From Escherichia phage phiWec177, in the sequence record LC739532.1: 64,000 nucleotides of DNA; one strand, written 5' to 3'. Both the position numbers and the translations under genes were made by a program. The notes beneath the pieces are model-generated. The model saw only the letters and a list, made by a program, of their open reading frames with translations, made no database searches and was not told the origin of the DNA. This document shows positions 1 to 10,438 of the stretch, piece by piece. Each line of letters begins with the position of its first letter. Position 1 is the first letter of the stretch.

Positions 1-2
1 AT

Positions 3-281
3 GGTGGTGGTGCATGGAGAACATCAAGGACATCTAGTGACGGTGCACACTCACACAGTTTTAGCGTTACATCTGGTGCATCTGGTAACCACAGCCACGT
101 AGTTGGCATTGGTGCTCACAGCCACACAGTCGGTATTGGTTCACATACACATAGTGGCTCTGTGGCAATTTCTTCTTCTGAGCATACACATAGTGGCAAT
201 ACGAATAGTGTTGGTGGAGGTCAGGCGGTTAATATTGAGCAGCCATCCTTCGTCCTGTATGTATGGCAGAGAACAGCTTAA
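3..281 (+). CDS. tail fibre protein, C-terminal fragment (5' end outside window)
   Basis: Frame-3 translation ends ...GAHSHSFSVTSGASGNHSHVVGIGAHSHTVGIGSHTHSG...QPSFVLYVWQRTA with stop at 279-281; same His-x-His repeats and C-terminal tail as the ORF at 328-2862. Track ORF 103-300 is in another frame. Confidence 0.6.
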   Translation, partial: GGGAWRTSRTSSDGAHSHSFSVTSGASGNHSHVVGIGAHSHTVGIGSHTHSGSVAISSSEHTHSGNTNSVGGGQAVNIEQPSFVLYVWQRTA

Positions 282-290
282 TTTCTTTAC

Positions 291-313
291 AGGGGTTTGA
301 AAGCCCCTTTTTA
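291..313 (+). terminator. rho-independent terminator-like hairpin
   Basis: AGGGG-loop-CCCCT hairpin followed by TTTTT between the two tail-fibre genes. Confidence 0.5.
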
Positions 314-327
314 GAGGAAAATTTATA

Positions 328-2862
328 ATGGCAGATTACAAGTTGAGTGAATTAAACTCAATCGATACAATCCGTTCAGATGACCTTCTTCATGTCAGAA
401 TTAAAAAGAGACCTGAAATGCTGGGTGATGAAGACCGTCGAATGACCTATCAAGACTTCTTAGCATCTTTTAAACTAGAAAGATTTGTTCAGATTGCTGG
501 TAGCAATATGACGGGTGACTTAGGGATTGTTAAGTTACTTTATGGTGGTAAGGCTGTATTCGACCCTACAGGCTCTTCTGAGATTACTGTTGGGGATGTT
601 TTAAAGACTTTTAAAATCAACGCAAATGGTCTTAAACTAACTATTGCAGATGCTTCAAGGTCAGCAACTGTTTATCATACTTTGAATAAACCAAGTCCTA
701 ATGAACTTGGCATGAGAACTAATGAAGAGAATGATGCAAGATATGCAAAGCTTGGTGCTAGAAACACATTTAACTCTCAGCAGACTATTGTAGTAAACGG
801 AGAGCAGCTAACGCTAATAAACCCTACCAGTGGGAGTGGTGCATTCTCTGCTATCGTAGGTAGAGATTCAAGCAACGAAAAAGTTTGGGCTATGGGAAAT
901 CTAATTAGTGGTAGCCGTGATTTCCTAATCGAGAGTAAACAAGGTTCAACCATCACTCTAGGCACAAGTGTCGAGATTAGTAAAACCCTTGCTGTCAATG
1001 GTCAAGTTCAACCTTCTGACTTCTCTAACTTAGATGCTAGATACTTTACTCAGACAGTTGCTAATCAGAGATTTGCACAGTTAGCTGCGGATAATACTTT
1101 CAGTGGTTTAAACACCTTCAGCAACTATGTTAGTGTTAGCTCTAATGCTGCTGCTATCATGCTAAAAAATAAAGCTGTTAATGAATCTTTGTTCATCCTA
1201 GCAAAAGACGTTGAAAACAATAAACTGTGGTATATTGGTAAAGGTGATGCAAATGATAATATCACATTTTATGATTACAAGGGTGGCACTTCTATTGTCT
1301 TAAACTCGTCTGGCGTAGCATTAAATAAGAATGTAAGAATCACTGGTCAAGTTCAACCTTCTGATTGGACTAACATTGACTCTAGATACATTCCGGCAGG
1401 GACTTTGAGTAATCTTGCTAAGATTGACACCAAAAATACCTTCACACAAGGTCAGGTTATTATGGTTGATGGTGAAGGTCTTAAATTACAAGGGGTGACT
1501 GATAGTGGTGGACTATTCTTACAAGGTTATGACTCATCAAATAACAAAAAATGGTTTATGGGACATAACGGATTTGGAAACTTCACTATCCGTGAAATGG
1601 CATTAGGAACCGAACTCTCCCTAAGAGCAAATAATATTCAGTTTAACAAAAGCATCACAATTACTGGTCAAGTTCAACCTTCTGATTGGACTAACATTGA
1701 TGACCGATACTATAACAAATCATCTGCTGATAATAGGTATCTGAGAGTCAGAAGTACTGACTTTAACAAGAATGCTGGTGGTAAATGGGCTAAGATTGCT
1801 ACTGTCAGCATGCCGCAGGGTACAGCAACAGCAGTGATTGAACTGTTTGGGGGGTCTGGTTTTAACTTTGGCTTAATTGACCAAGCCTGTAAAACAGAAA
1901 TTGTTCTTAGAACAGGGAGTGGTAATCCAAAAGGATTAAATGTTGTTGCATGGAAAAACTCACCAAATGGTGTTGTAGACCAAGTTGGTTATGTCAATAC
2001 ATCTGGTGATAATTATGACATTTATTGCAATGTTGGTGGTTATCAAAACGCTACGACAGCTAGGGTTCAGTCATCAGATAATGCAACAATCCAGTTGTTT
2101 GCGACACCAGAGACTTCTGATAGTTCTCCATCTGGCTATGTTGCTGGGACAATTGCTCACTATTATACTAGCATTTTGAAGCCAAGCCCTTCAGATATCG
2201 GTGCATACACTAAAGGTGAAACTGACCAGAAGATTGCACAGGCAATTAGTGACTCTACAGACCTTAACAAAATCTATCCAGTAGGTATTGTGACGTGGTT
2301 TAACAGTAATGTTAACCCTAATACAGCACTGCCTGGTCTAACTTGGACGTACCTTAACAATGGTGTTGGTAGGACTATTAGAATTGCAGCAGCAAATGGT
2401 TCAGATGTTGCTACAACAGGTGGTTCAGATTCTGTGGCGTTAGATGTTGGTAATTTACCTTCACACACTCATAGTTTCTCTGCTACCACTTCATCTTTTG
2501 ATTATGGTACGAAGGGAACTAACATTACGGGTGGTCACGCTCACTATGGTAGTGGTTCTACTAGCACAAATGGTGAGCATACTCACTACGTTGAGGCATG
2601 GAACGGTACTGGTACTGGTGGTAATAGGACTTCATCATATGCTGTATCATATAGGAATGGTGGGCATGAAACTTATGCGTCAGGGAACCACAGTCATACT
2701 TTCTCTTTTTGGACTAGCGGTGCTGGCGACCATTCCCACTCTGTAGGTATTGGTGCTCACAACCACACAGTCAGTGGTGACACTGGTGGTACAGGTTCTG
2801 GTTCAGCATTTAGTGTTACTAACCAGTTCTACAAGTTAATGGCTTGGGTAAGAACTGCTTAA
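328..2862 (+). CDS. tail fibre protein with internal repeats and His-rich C-terminal domain
   Basis: 844 aa; repeated ...ITGQVQPSD(W/F)(T/S)N(I/L)D.RY... units about 110 aa apart; C-terminal HTHSF / GGHAHYG / GEHTHYV / GNHSHTF / GDHSHSV / GAHNHTV run typical of metal-binding fibre tips; ATG at 328 preceded by a GAGG-type RBS. Confidence 0.75.
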   Translation: MADYKLSELNSIDTIRSDDLLHVRIKKRPEMLGDEDRRMTYQDFLASFKLERFVQIAGSNMTGDLGIVKLLYGGKAVFDPTGSSEITVGDVLKTFKINANGLKLTIADASRSATVYHTLNKPSPNELGMRTNEENDARYAKLGARNTFNSQQTIVVNGEQLTLINPTSGSGAFSAIVGRDSSNEKVWAMGNLISGSRDFLIESKQGSTITLGTSVEISKTLAVNGQVQPSDFSNLDARYFTQTVANQRFAQLAADNTFSGLNTFSNYVSVSSNAAAIMLKNKAVNESLFILAKDVENNKLWYIGKGDANDNITFYDYKGGTSIVLNSSGVALNKNVRITGQVQPSDWTNIDSRYIPAGTLSNLAKIDTKNTFTQGQVIMVDGEGLKLQGVTDSGGLFLQGYDSSNNKKWFMGHNGFGNFTIREMALGTELSLRANNIQFNKSITITGQVQPSDWTNIDDRYYNKSSADNRYLRVRSTDFNKNAGGKWAKIATVSMPQGTATAVIELFGGSGFNFGLIDQACKTEIVLRTGSGNPKGLNVVAWKNSPNGVVDQVGYVNTSGDNYDIYCNVGGYQNATTARVQSSDNATIQLFATPETSDSSPSGYVAGTIAHYYTSILKPSPSDIGAYTKGETDQKIAQAISDSTDLNKIYPVGIVTWFNSNVNPNTALPGLTWTYLNNGVGRTIRIAAANGSDVATTGGSDSVALDVGNLPSHTHSFSATTSSFDYGTKGTNITGGHAHYGSGSTSTNGEHTHYVEAWNGTGTGGNRTSSYAVSYRNGGHETYASGNHSHTFSFWTSGAGDHSHSVGIGAHNHTVSGDTGGTGSGSAFSVTNQFYKLMAWVRTA

Positions 2863-2941
2863 TCCATTGTTGACTGATTGTTAAGATGGTGTTAATATTC
2901 TTTATGGGTATTCTCACCATCTTGGCTGATGAGGTGATTAA

Positions 2942-3136
2942 ATGCCTACAATCCTAGCAATTCTTCTAAAAAATCTAGGTAGCTTCTTCTGGAAACTCAT
3001 TTTATCCCTTCTAAGTGAATACATGATTGAGAAAGTGTTCTTTAAGCTTGCAAGATACCTTGCGAGTAAAACAGACACACCTATTGATGATGAGTTCGTA
3101 GATAACTTAGAAAAAGCTTTTAAGGGGGAGAAATAA
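2942..3136 (+). CDS. hypothetical small protein
   Basis: Track ORF co-oriented downstream of tail fibre; hydrophobic N-terminus. Confidence 0.3.
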   Translation: MPTILAILLKNLGSFFWKLILSLLSEYMIEKVFFKLARYLASKTDTPIDDEFVDNLEKAFKGEK

Positions 3137-3502
3137 ATGAAGTGGCTAGAGGAAGCTTTTAAAAATAATATTGGTGCAATTGTAGTTGGTATTTTTAGTG
3201 TTATTGGGATGTATACCACGATGCAAGTTTCAAGTGGTAAGCAAGAAGTGTCTGTCACAACAAAGTTACAGCAGCTAGATAATTATTCCAAAAGTAACTA
3301 TTCAGCTATTCGTGATTTACAGTCTGACATGAGACTGATTCAGCTAGGGATGGAGAACCAGAAAGTTCAGTTAGAGAATGTTAAGGGTGAAAACGCAAAA
3401 CTTACCAAAACTCTTGACAAATTCTCTGACAGTGTGAACAATCTGGCTCAATCAGTATCAGCCCTCCAAGCTATTACTGAGAAGAACACAAAAGAACACT
3501 GA
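3137..3502 (+). CDS. hypothetical membrane-anchored coiled-coil protein
   Basis: N-terminal hydrophobic segment IGAIVVGIFSVIGMY then heptad-rich sequence; RBS GGGGGAG upstream. Confidence 0.4.
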   Translation: MKWLEEAFKNNIGAIVVGIFSVIGMYTTMQVSSGKQEVSVTTKLQQLDNYSKSNYSAIRDLQSDMRLIQLGMENQKVQLENVKGENAKLTKTLDKFSDSVNNLAQSVSALQAITEKNTKEH

Positions 3503-3514
3503 AAATAAAATTTT

Positions 3515-3542
3515 AAGGCTCCTTTTTACGGGAGCCTTTTTT
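3515..3542. terminator. bidirectional terminator hairpin
   Basis: AAGGCTCC-loop-GGAGCCTT with T-run, between convergent genes (3137-3502 plus, thyA minus). Confidence 0.55.
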
Positions 3543-3546
3543 GTTT

Positions 3547-4446
3547 CTACTTACCTACTGACAAAGGTGCTTCAATCTTTCCTGCATGTTGGTAGTTGTT
3601 AATGCCACCAATAAAATCACTTGCAGTAAGGTGTTTTAGGTCACTTAGTGTGTTAAGCTGCACACCAATCTCAAAAGTAGGTGCATGGAACTCTTTATTG
3701 TTCATCAGTTCATAAACCTGCTTCATATGGTTCTGATAAATCTGAGTATCCCCAAAGACACCTATCAAGTATCGTGGAGTGTATCCAGTCATCTTGCAAA
3801 GAACTTCCAGAATAAAACCATAAGATGCAATGTTAAACGGAAGTCCTAAAAAGGTGTCTACAGAACGTTGATACCATTGTAAGTCAACTTCACCCTCGTT
3901 AGTGATATAAATCTGAAACAGAACATGACAAGGTGCTAAAGCCATTGAGTTTGCTGCAATATCTGCTGCATTCCAAGCATTAACAAGCATGTAACGGTCT
4001 GTGATATCACCCTTCATCTTCGTTACTAAGGTCTCTAACTGGTCTACAACACAACCATTATGACCTTCAAAGTTTCTCCACTGAACACCGTAGATTCTCC
4101 CGCCTGCATCTTCTAACCAATCTTGTTCAGAAGAATAATTAGAGCTTAACCAGCGTTTAAAATCATCTGACCAGATAGTCCAGCGTTCTCCATCATTTTC
4201 ACCCCAAGTACGGTAACGGAGTTCGCCAAGTTTATTCTCACCATTCAGGAACCATAAAGCTTCCCCAATAACTTGCCGTGTAAACACCTGTTTAGATGTT
4301 AAGAGTGGAAAACCAGTACGCATATCAAAGCGAAACTGTGGTGGAGCAAATGCAGAGATAACATCTCCAGTTCGTGTAGTACGCAGTTCACCAACGGATA
4401 AAACATGGTTCAGGATATTTTTGTAACTTGAATCTGCTTGTGACAT
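3547..4446 (-). CDS. thyA: thymidylate synthase
   Basis: 299 aa with ThyA-like sequence including PCH(V)LFQ(I)Y and GLPFN(I)ASY; reads uninterrupted. Confidence 0.9.
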   Translation of the reverse strand: MSQADSSYKNILNHVLSVGELRTTRTGDVISAFAPPQFRFDMRTGFPLLTSKQVFTRQVIGEALWFLNGENKLGELRYRTWGENDGERWTIWSDDFKRWLSSNYSSEQDWLEDAGGRIYGVQWRNFEGHNGCVVDQLETLVTKMKGDITDRYMLVNAWNAADIAANSMALAPCHVLFQIYITNEGEVDLQWYQRSVDTFLGLPFNIASYGFILEVLCKMTGYTPRYLIGVFGDTQIYQNHMKQVYELMNNKEFHAPTFEIGVQLNTLSDLKHLTASDFIGGINNYQHAGKIEAPLSVGK

Positions 4447-4447
4447 A

Positions 4448-4993
4448 TCAAAAGTGTCCTTTTACTTGTGGAACATAAATTTCAAAAGTTGCTTTACCAT
4501 CCTCTGATGGTTTTGACTGTACCTTTGTAAATACACGGTTATCATACAGCTTCTCAAAGAAGTTTTCAAAAGGTAAATGCACAGTGGCCTCTTCAGTAAC
4601 TTTATGGAAAACTGTATGGAAAACTACACCAGCATACGGTAAAGCATTGACAAGGACACCTGCACCACCAATTACAAAGACATCTTCATCAATAGAGCTA
4701 TCAAGATACTTCAAAAATGCTCCAAAGGATTCTTTGCTGGCCTTAGCATACATTACCTCATCTTTGCCAAAGTCTATGCCTAAGTATGGTACAGAGTTTG
4801 TTAAGATGAGGTTTGCACGTTCTGGTAAAGGTTTACTACCCAGAGTCTTGAAAGTCTCATTCCCCATCACTACTAAGTTGTTTTTAGTGAGTCTCTTAAA
4901 CTCTTGCATGTCCTGTTTATGTCGAGGCCACGGCATACCAGTTGGAGTACCAAATTCACCGTTTTCACCACTTGCAAATATTAGCTTAATCAT
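4448..4993 (-). CDS. frd: dihydrofolate reductase
   Basis: 181 aa; MIKLIFA...G.PW...D...F...T....VVMG..TF motif pattern of DHFR; immediately downstream of thyA. Confidence 0.85.
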   Translation of the reverse strand: MIKLIFASGENGEFGTPTGMPWPRHKQDMQEFKRLTKNNLVVMGNETFKTLGSKPLPERANLILTNSVPYLGIDFGKDEVMYAKASKESFGAFLKYLDSSIDEDVFVIGGAGVLVNALPYAGVVFHTVFHKVTEEATVHLPFENFFEKLYDNRVFTKVQSKPSEDGKATFEIYVPQVKGHF

Positions 4994-5250
4994 TTTGTAA
5001 ACCCTTTCTTAATGAACCAGTTGATGACACTCTTCACAACTTTACTACGATGGTAGATAAAATGTGGAGAGGGTTGGTATGAACCATAAGCCCAGAAAGC
5101 GATAATTTCATTACACCCTGTGCATCGGGTACTTTCTTCAGCAATATGACCGTTGACTATTTCACTTACCTCACCTTGTAAGTCTGTACACCCACAATGT
5201 GGACATCGGATAGGTGTTCCATCAGACTCATAGCAGTGTTCAATTTTCAT
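4990..5250 (-). CDS. hypothetical Cys-rich (zinc-ribbon-like) protein
   Basis: CPHCGC...CTGC pairs. Confidence 0.4.
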   Translation of the reverse strand: MKIEHCYESDGTPIRCPHCGCTDLQGEVSEIVNGHIAEESTRCTGCNEIIAFWAYGSYQPSPHFIYHRSKVVKSVINWFIKKGFTK

Positions 5251-5766
5251 CTATTTAACCTCAAAAACTGGCTCAAGAACCAATATAAAGTCTACACAGT
5301 CATCTTCTTCATCCAGAATACCATCAAAGTTCTTAGGAACGAAGTCGAAGAGGCTCATAACAAAACAGTCAGAAGTGACCCTGATAGTTCCTCCAATGTT
5401 CTCTACAGTTAACACTGTACGACTTTCTTTTACCTCCCTCAGAAGATTACCCACAAAGTCATCTAAGAAGTACTTCATCAATGACTTAAAACCTTTAGGG
5501 TAATCTGTACCAGAGTATGTTTCAATCTGAGGAACAAGCTTAACATTTATACTAGTCTTTGTTAAGAATGTATTAGAGAACATACTATCAGGTAACTTAC
5601 AAACAGTCTTTCCAGTACCTTCATGTTCAATCTCAACAAAACCAGCTTCGTCGCCACATGTAACTATTTTAAAAGATGCTTCATTCTCATACTGTGAAGC
5701 CATAAACTTTTTAAGCATCTCTTTAAGGAAATCTGCATGAGCATCTTGTAAGTAGATATCAATCAT
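5251..5766 (-). CDS. hypothetical protein
   Basis: Track ORF in co-directional operon; no motif recognised. Confidence 0.4.
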   Translation of the reverse strand: MIDIYLQDAHADFLKEMLKKFMASQYENEASFKIVTCGDEAGFVEIEHEGTGKTVCKLPDSMFSNTFLTKTSINVKLVPQIETYSGTDYPKGFKSLMKYFLDDFVGNLLREVKESRTVLTVENIGGTIRVTSDCFVMSLFDFVPKNFDGILDEEDDCVDFILVLEPVFEVK

Positions 5767-5779
5767 CGTTAATCACCTA

Positions 5780-6139
5780 TTATGGGAACAGACACTTAAT
5801 GTCATCGTTTTTGAAAACGAAACTTGTGTAGTTGTGACCATCAACATCTAGCCAAACAGCCTGAGCATCTACACCATCAAGATTTTGGTAAAGCTCTTTG
5901 ATGAAGTGGTCTTTTACAATCTGACTGCTAGTTGTTTCCAACTTAATGTTCGAGATTGCTGAACCTACAGCCATATAACCCATGACACGTTTCTTCTCAG
6001 TGTGCTTAATCTTACCATCTTTGTAAGCCATAATGAGATTGGAAAGAATCTTCACACCATAATACTTTTCAAGGTGAGTGGGTACGCCATAAAAGCCTAA
6101 TGCGAAGTTTTCAGAATGGATAATGTTTTCACGTTTCAT
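5780..6139 (-). CDS. hypothetical protein
   Basis: Track ORF in co-directional operon. Confidence 0.4.
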   Translation of the reverse strand: MKRENIIHSENFALGFYGVPTHLEKYYGVKILSNLIMAYKDGKIKHTEKKRVMGYMAVGSAISNIKLETTSSQIVKDHFIKELYQNLDGVDAQAVWLDVDGHNYTSFVFKNDDIKCLFP

Positions 6140-6140
6140 A

Positions 6141-6470
6141 TTAATCTGCCAACCTTAAATTAAAATTAACACCAAATTTTTCACATACTCCCAACATATA
6201 CTCAAGAGAGACATTCCCAGTGAGGTGGATTATGTTGGATACACGAGCCTGAGAGATACCACAAATTTTAGCGACTTGCTCTTGAGAAAGACCTCTGGAT
6301 TTAATCTCTCTCTTAAAACGATGTGCAACGAAGTCCCTCATTTCGTCTACATCCATTGGACAAATATAACTCTCCATTTCAGCCTCTCTGTCAGCCTCCC
6401 AATCATCTTGTGGGGCATAAGGGTCAAAAGCTTCATTCATCTTTCTTCTTCCGTTTGCGTGAAGTGTCAA
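6141..6470 (-). CDS. helix-turn-helix DNA-binding protein
   Basis: GLSQEQVAKICGISQARVSNIIH resembles an XRE/sigma-type HTH. Confidence 0.5.
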   Translation of the reverse strand: MTLHANGRRKMNEAFDPYAPQDDWEADREAEMESYICPMDVDEMRDFVAHRFKREIKSRGLSQEQVAKICGISQARVSNIIHLTGNVSLEYMLGVCEKFGVNFNLRLAD

Positions 6471-6645
6471 TCAATGAATCTATGTTTGTAGCCCTAACCT
6501 TTTCACGTTCATCATTAAGATAATCATCAAGAACCTTTTCAATCTGTGAATCATCTTGACAGATAACTGTAAAGACTGTAAAGCCGTCTGTATCGTCAAT
6601 TATCTTACCATAACCGCTTCTGGGATGTAACTTTTTAAGAGCCAT
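6433..6645 (-). CDS. hypothetical protein
   Basis: Track ORF; overlaps neighbour ends. Confidence 0.3.
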   Translation of the reverse strand: MALKKLHPRSGYGKIIDDTDGFTVFTVICQDDSQIEKVLDDYLNDEREKVRATNIDSLIDTSRKRKKKDE

Positions 6646-6646
6646 A

Positions 6647-7030
6647 TCAAATACCTGTGCAGCTTCTGTTTTCTAAGAAATACTCAACACCATACATAGC
6701 TTTTTGCATCAAATCTTCTTTAAACTGGATACGATGATTGAGCATAACCTGTACATCAATATCATCATGGTGTTTCTCTTTAATATTTGCAGATTGCAGG
6801 AAATACTCTGCAAGAACGCGATACTGGTAGTCAGTCACCTTATCAGTCATCTCTGTCAAAGATTCTTCAGAGATTGGTTTAAGTAACTCACCTTTAGATA
6901 GAGCAACACCTTTTACAATCTGGCAAGTATCTTCTGGAACACCTGACAAGTCCACATTTGGAAGTTCTGTTGCATTGACTGGTAAATTCATTGCCATAAC
7001 CATTGCAGCAGCTAATAAAATCTTTTTCAT
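6647..7030 (-). CDS. hypothetical secreted protein
   Basis: N-terminal signal-peptide-like MKKILLAAAMVMAMNLPVNA. Confidence 0.45.
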   Translation of the reverse strand: MKKILLAAAMVMAMNLPVNATELPNVDLSGVPEDTCQIVKGVALSKGELLKPISEESLTEMTDKVTDYQYRVLAEYFLQSANIKEKHHDDIDVQVMLNHRIQFKEDLMQKAMYGVEYFLENRSCTGI

Positions 7031-7312
7031 AATGACCTCAAAGTTATATTAAATTTTGTATTACATTGAGTATAAAAATAAGCTATAACACCTGACTTGT
7101 CAACAGACTTTATAGCTTATTTGGCAGATTTTTTATAAGGCTACTGCCATCCTTCCATACCAGACTACACCATGCCAGACCAGACTTCACATCACCTTAC
7201 CGTGCAATACATTACTTAAAACCCTCTTAGAAGACTCTTAAGTGATGCTGGTGAGTACCCGTTGGTTTATGCTGCTCAGCATACTCACCAAATTTTCTAT
7301 GTCAACAACTTT

Positions 7313-8413
7313 TTATTCGTAATCCCTAATAACTAGGCCAACAGGGAACTGTAAAGAACCCTTACGAGTCATCTTCTGGAACTGAACCGTTAAAGGCTTC
7401 CCGATAAACTCTTCAGGATGCTCAGCAAGATACTGTTTCTTCTCATGAGTAGTCTTCCATGAGACATCTACAAAGACGTTAGGAAGAGTCTCTACAACGA
7501 ACTTACCATGACCACGCTTATCGGTCTTTACACCAGTCACTTTAAACTCTTCAGTGTGCATCTTCTTGTGCTTAATCAAGAAGTATGAACGGTGACAACA
7601 CTCATAGAAGGAGTCTTCAGAGATTGAACGGTACATTGCACCTTCAAACTTAGCTTCAACCCACTTATCATGAGCTTCATCAAACTCTTCCCAAGAATTT
7701 ACACGGATAGTCTGTACAGGAACCACTCTACAGGTATCCCCAAGCTGAACGAGAGGTGAACTATCAATAACTTCACGACGCTCAGGCCAAGATTTTGAAT
7801 TGTCACAGATATCATACCAGTAGAATTTAAGAAGGTGACGGTCTGGATTGTCAGCATTCTTAATCATAGACACAATATCTTCTAAGTCCCAACCATGAGC
7901 ATAAATCTCTCCATCAAAGTCTTCAACTTGCGGATGTAATTTAAGCAACAAAAGTAAGTCTGGGATTAGTTCTGCTGGAACGTTGTAAACAGTATTCTCA
8001 CGAGAATAAGCTGTGAAACTAACTGAATCAGTATCTCTTGAAATTCTACAACGGACACCATCAAGTTTTGGTTGAGCATCAGCAGGGAACTTCAGATACT
8101 TTGCATGACTAACCTTTGCAGCATCATGAGCAAGCTGTACACCTACCTTCTCAGTATTCTGTGCAGATTCTTTTGTGTAAGCATAACCTTTACGGTCAAC
8201 TTGCTTTTTATACTTAGCAGCAACTTCAAAGAGAGCTTGCTGTTCAGCATTACGCTCATTCTTTTTACCGATGTTCTTCGGTTCTGCTGTATACTCTTCA
8301 AACATCATCTTGCCATTTTCTTTACCGTAGGTTGTAATAACTTTGTCACCTACAGCAACACATGACCAAACGTTGAAGGAACCATCTTTATTTTGTTTGT
8401 ACAGTGTTGTCAT
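7313..8413 (-). CDS. ATP-dependent DNA ligase
   Basis: 366 aa; KxDG adenylation motif (PKLDGVR) and size as in T7-type ligases. Confidence 0.85.
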   Translation of the reverse strand: MTTLYKQNKDGSFNVWSCVAVGDKVITTYGKENGKMMFEEYTAEPKNIGKKNERNAEQQALFEVAAKYKKQVDRKGYAYTKESAQNTEKVGVQLAHDAAKVSHAKYLKFPADAQPKLDGVRCRISRDTDSVSFTAYSRENTVYNVPAELIPDLLLLLKLHPQVEDFDGEIYAHGWDLEDIVSMIKNADNPDRHLLKFYWYDICDNSKSWPERREVIDSSPLVQLGDTCRVVPVQTIRVNSWEEFDEAHDKWVEAKFEGAMYRSISEDSFYECCHRSYFLIKHKKMHTEEFKVTGVKTDKRGHGKFVVETLPNVFVDVSWKTTHEKKQYLAEHPEEFIGKPLTVQFQKMTRKGSLQFPVGLVIRDYE

Positions 8414-8616
8414 TTTCTCTTACCACCAATCTCTACGTCGATAACTTGAACATCGCCAGCAACATCAAACTTATGAATGATGCTTTCCACAGTGTAAGTA
8501 CAACCATCAATGCGAACAAACTCACCTTCTCGTGGGACGATTGGGTTACGTTGAGCTACGGTTGTAGTGGAGTGAACAACATCATAACGATAGATATAGT
8601 TTACTAGGACTTCCAT
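8410..8616 (-). CDS. hypothetical protein
   Basis: Track ORF, overlapping stop/start with ligase. Confidence 0.35.
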   Translation of the reverse strand: MEVLVNYIYRYDVVHSTTTVAQRNPIVPREGEFVRIDGCTYTVESIIHKFDVAGDVQVIDVEIGGKRK

Positions 8617-8625
8617 CGTTTCCCC

Positions 8626-8859
8626 TTAAAAGGATAAGTCAATATTAATACGTTCACCCTTAAGGACTCCAGTACGGTCTTTTGCAATCTTCCCTTCAAC
8701 AATAAGAATGTGTGCAGACCTTAAAGTGTCACTGTTAAAGGCTTTTACGAACTTGCTAGGCATCACTACAATACACATCTCCTGAATCAACTCTGGAGTA
8801 TAGCAATTGTCGTGAAGTTGCTGAATAACGTCTGCAAGTGTCATTTTTGATGTCTCCAA
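8626..8859 (-). CDS. hypothetical protein
   Basis: Track ORF. Confidence 0.35.
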   Translation of the reverse strand: METSKMTLADVIQQLHDNCYTPELIQEMCIVVMPSKFVKAFNSDTLRSAHILIVEGKIAKDRTGVLKGERINIDLSF

Positions 8860-9050
8860 TACTCAATGTCAATAAGTTCTTGTGCAATGCTTTTCAGATT
8901 ACCTTTCAAGAAAACCTTCTCAGAACCAGAAAGAGATGAATTGTCAATTAACCTGTTCATTCTCTCAAACAACTTCTGCTTACGGTTCTTGATAGTTTCC
9001 TTTGAAGCACCTTTCATCATTGCTGCATGGGTTCTTCCACGATGGCTCAT
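8841..9050 (-). CDS. hypothetical basic protein
   Basis: Track ORF. Confidence 0.3.
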   Translation of the reverse strand: MSHRGRTHAAMMKGASKETIKNRKQKLFERMNRLIDNSSLSGSEKVFLKGNLKSIAQELIDIEYWRHQK

Positions 9051-9101
9051 AAGCCCTCCTATATAAGATACAGTATAAGGTACTCTTCCCTGAGCACCTT
9101 G

Positions 9102-9617
9102 TCAACTTAGTTTTGCAAACTCTCCGTGGAGTTTAATAGCAGCTTCACAGTAAGCTTTATGGGCTTCTTCTTCTGTTGTGTATGTCCCTATATGTATAGT
9201 CTTGCCATTATGGTTAATCTGGGCTTTCCACTTACCAGACTTACTTCTACTTGTACCTTTTAAGTTTTTTGATGTTCTAGGTTGTCTCCTATTAGACATG
9301 TTCTGTTCTTTTGTGGCCTCTCTTAGATTGTCCCAAGCGTTATTCAAACCATCTCCATCTTTGTGGTCAATTTGCTTATCAGGCCACTTGCCTGTCATCC
9401 AGAACCAAGCAATTCGGTGATTGCCTGTCCTGTATCCTAAAATCTGTGTGTGCATATACACACCAGACCTTGTGCGCTTAATTGCTCCGGCTTGGCTTCC
9501 AATAACCACCCTACTACTGTGTGGAGGTCTACCAATCCATGTTAAGACCCCTGTTTCGGGGTCATAATCTAACCAAGATTTTAACTGTTCATGTGTGAAT
9601 CCACAATCTCTCATCAA
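9102..9617 (-). CDS. HNH homing endonuclease (HNH plus AP2-like DNA-binding region)
   Basis: 171 aa; H..QIDHKDGDGLNNAWDNLREATKEQN HNH core; C-terminal GKWKAQI...GTYTTEEEAHKAY AP2-like; paralog of 32513-33004; overlaps polymerase stop by 4 nt. Confidence 0.75.
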   Translation of the reverse strand: MMRDCGFTHEQLKSWLDYDPETGVLTWIGRPPHSSRVVIGSQAGAIKRTRSGVYMHTQILGYRTGNHRIAWFWMTGKWPDKQIDHKDGDGLNNAWDNLREATKEQNMSNRRQPRTSKNLKGTSRSKSGKWKAQINHNGKTIHIGTYTTEEEAHKAYCEAAIKLHGEFAKLS

Positions 9618-10170
9618 TGTACCTCATACCACGACTTACCAACCTTTGCTGTACCAGTTACAAGTGTTTCTTTCCTCAAACCTAAGTTTTTTGAAGCTTG
9701 TCCATACATCCAGTCAGCAATTGCTTTCATATCCTGTGTCATACCCTCTGGACATTCCCAACTATTTTCATCGTGATATGCCAGAAGCAACCTTGCTCCG
9801 ATAGCTGGTTTTCGAGCATTCAGTTTTGTCAGGCCATCTTCACAGGCTTTTCTTGCTGCAAGGTTGATGGCCTCATTCTGAATCTGTGCTTCCGAACTCA
9901 TCAGGAGGTAGTTCAGTAGTTTATGTGGAGATTTGCACCATATCCATGCTCCAGCGACCCTGATATAACCACCTTTAGCAATTGAAGAATTCTTCCCAAA
10001 AACCTCTTCCAGAGCCTTTTTAGACGCCTTAAAATCGGCTTCTAAGCTATCAAGTAACTTCTTAATCTTTGGCAGACGCATATAGTAAGTTTGTTTAGTC
10101 AATGCACCTTCTTCCGTAGATGATGCCTTGATAGTTTTTGCAAACTTCTCGTCTCCAGCCCCGAACAATA
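9614..10170 (-). CDS. DNA polymerase (family A), exon 2
   Basis: Begins inside motif B (LFGAGDEK...) and contains motif C (LLLAYHDE); joins exon 1 to give ...KNGIYALLFGAGDEK. Confidence 0.8.
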
Positions 10171-10438
10171 CATCTGGTCAATACACTCGCAAGGTGTACC
10201 AGTTCTCTTATGAACTTCTCCGCATTTCTACGGAGTGTCGGACTATATCACGTAGTAGTAATACTACCGTTGCACTTGGGGATGGTCATTAGCTTACCAC
10301 CCTACTCTACTCAGTTCATACGTTAAGTATGCTTTTCGATAGTCTCTGAACGTTCCTCTTAAGAGGCTTCGCTGCTGATTACCATATCTTTACAGACTTA
10401 GGCTTCCAGCAATTCACAACGTTTTACATGCGCCACTG
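10171..10438 (-). mobile_element. group I self-splicing intron (ORF-less) in DNA polymerase
   Basis: Sense strand shows the P/Q/R/S core elements (AATTGCTGGAAG, AATCAGCAGCG, GTTCAGAGACTATC, TGATATAGTCC), an internal guide GCGCAT pairing with exon end ATGCGT with U:G at the splice site, and a 3' terminal G. Confidence 0.8.

Noticed and set aside
103-300. Track ORF 103-300 (65 aa) as a gene
   Set aside because: It is in a different frame from the upstream tail-fibre C-terminus (frame 3, stop at 279-281), which carries the same HxH repeats as the downstream fibre.
777-2746. Antisense or nested ORFs inside long genes (777-998, 1985-2179, 2274-2468, 2444-2746, and similar ones such as 11442-11846, 16128-16405, 32105-32407, 34178-34705)
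   Set aside because: Wholly contained in or antisense to longer conserved genes, with no RBS; typical six-frame noise in AT-rich DNA.
3547-4446. Intron in thyA
   Set aside because: The ORF is uninterrupted at 299 aa with ThyA motifs in order.
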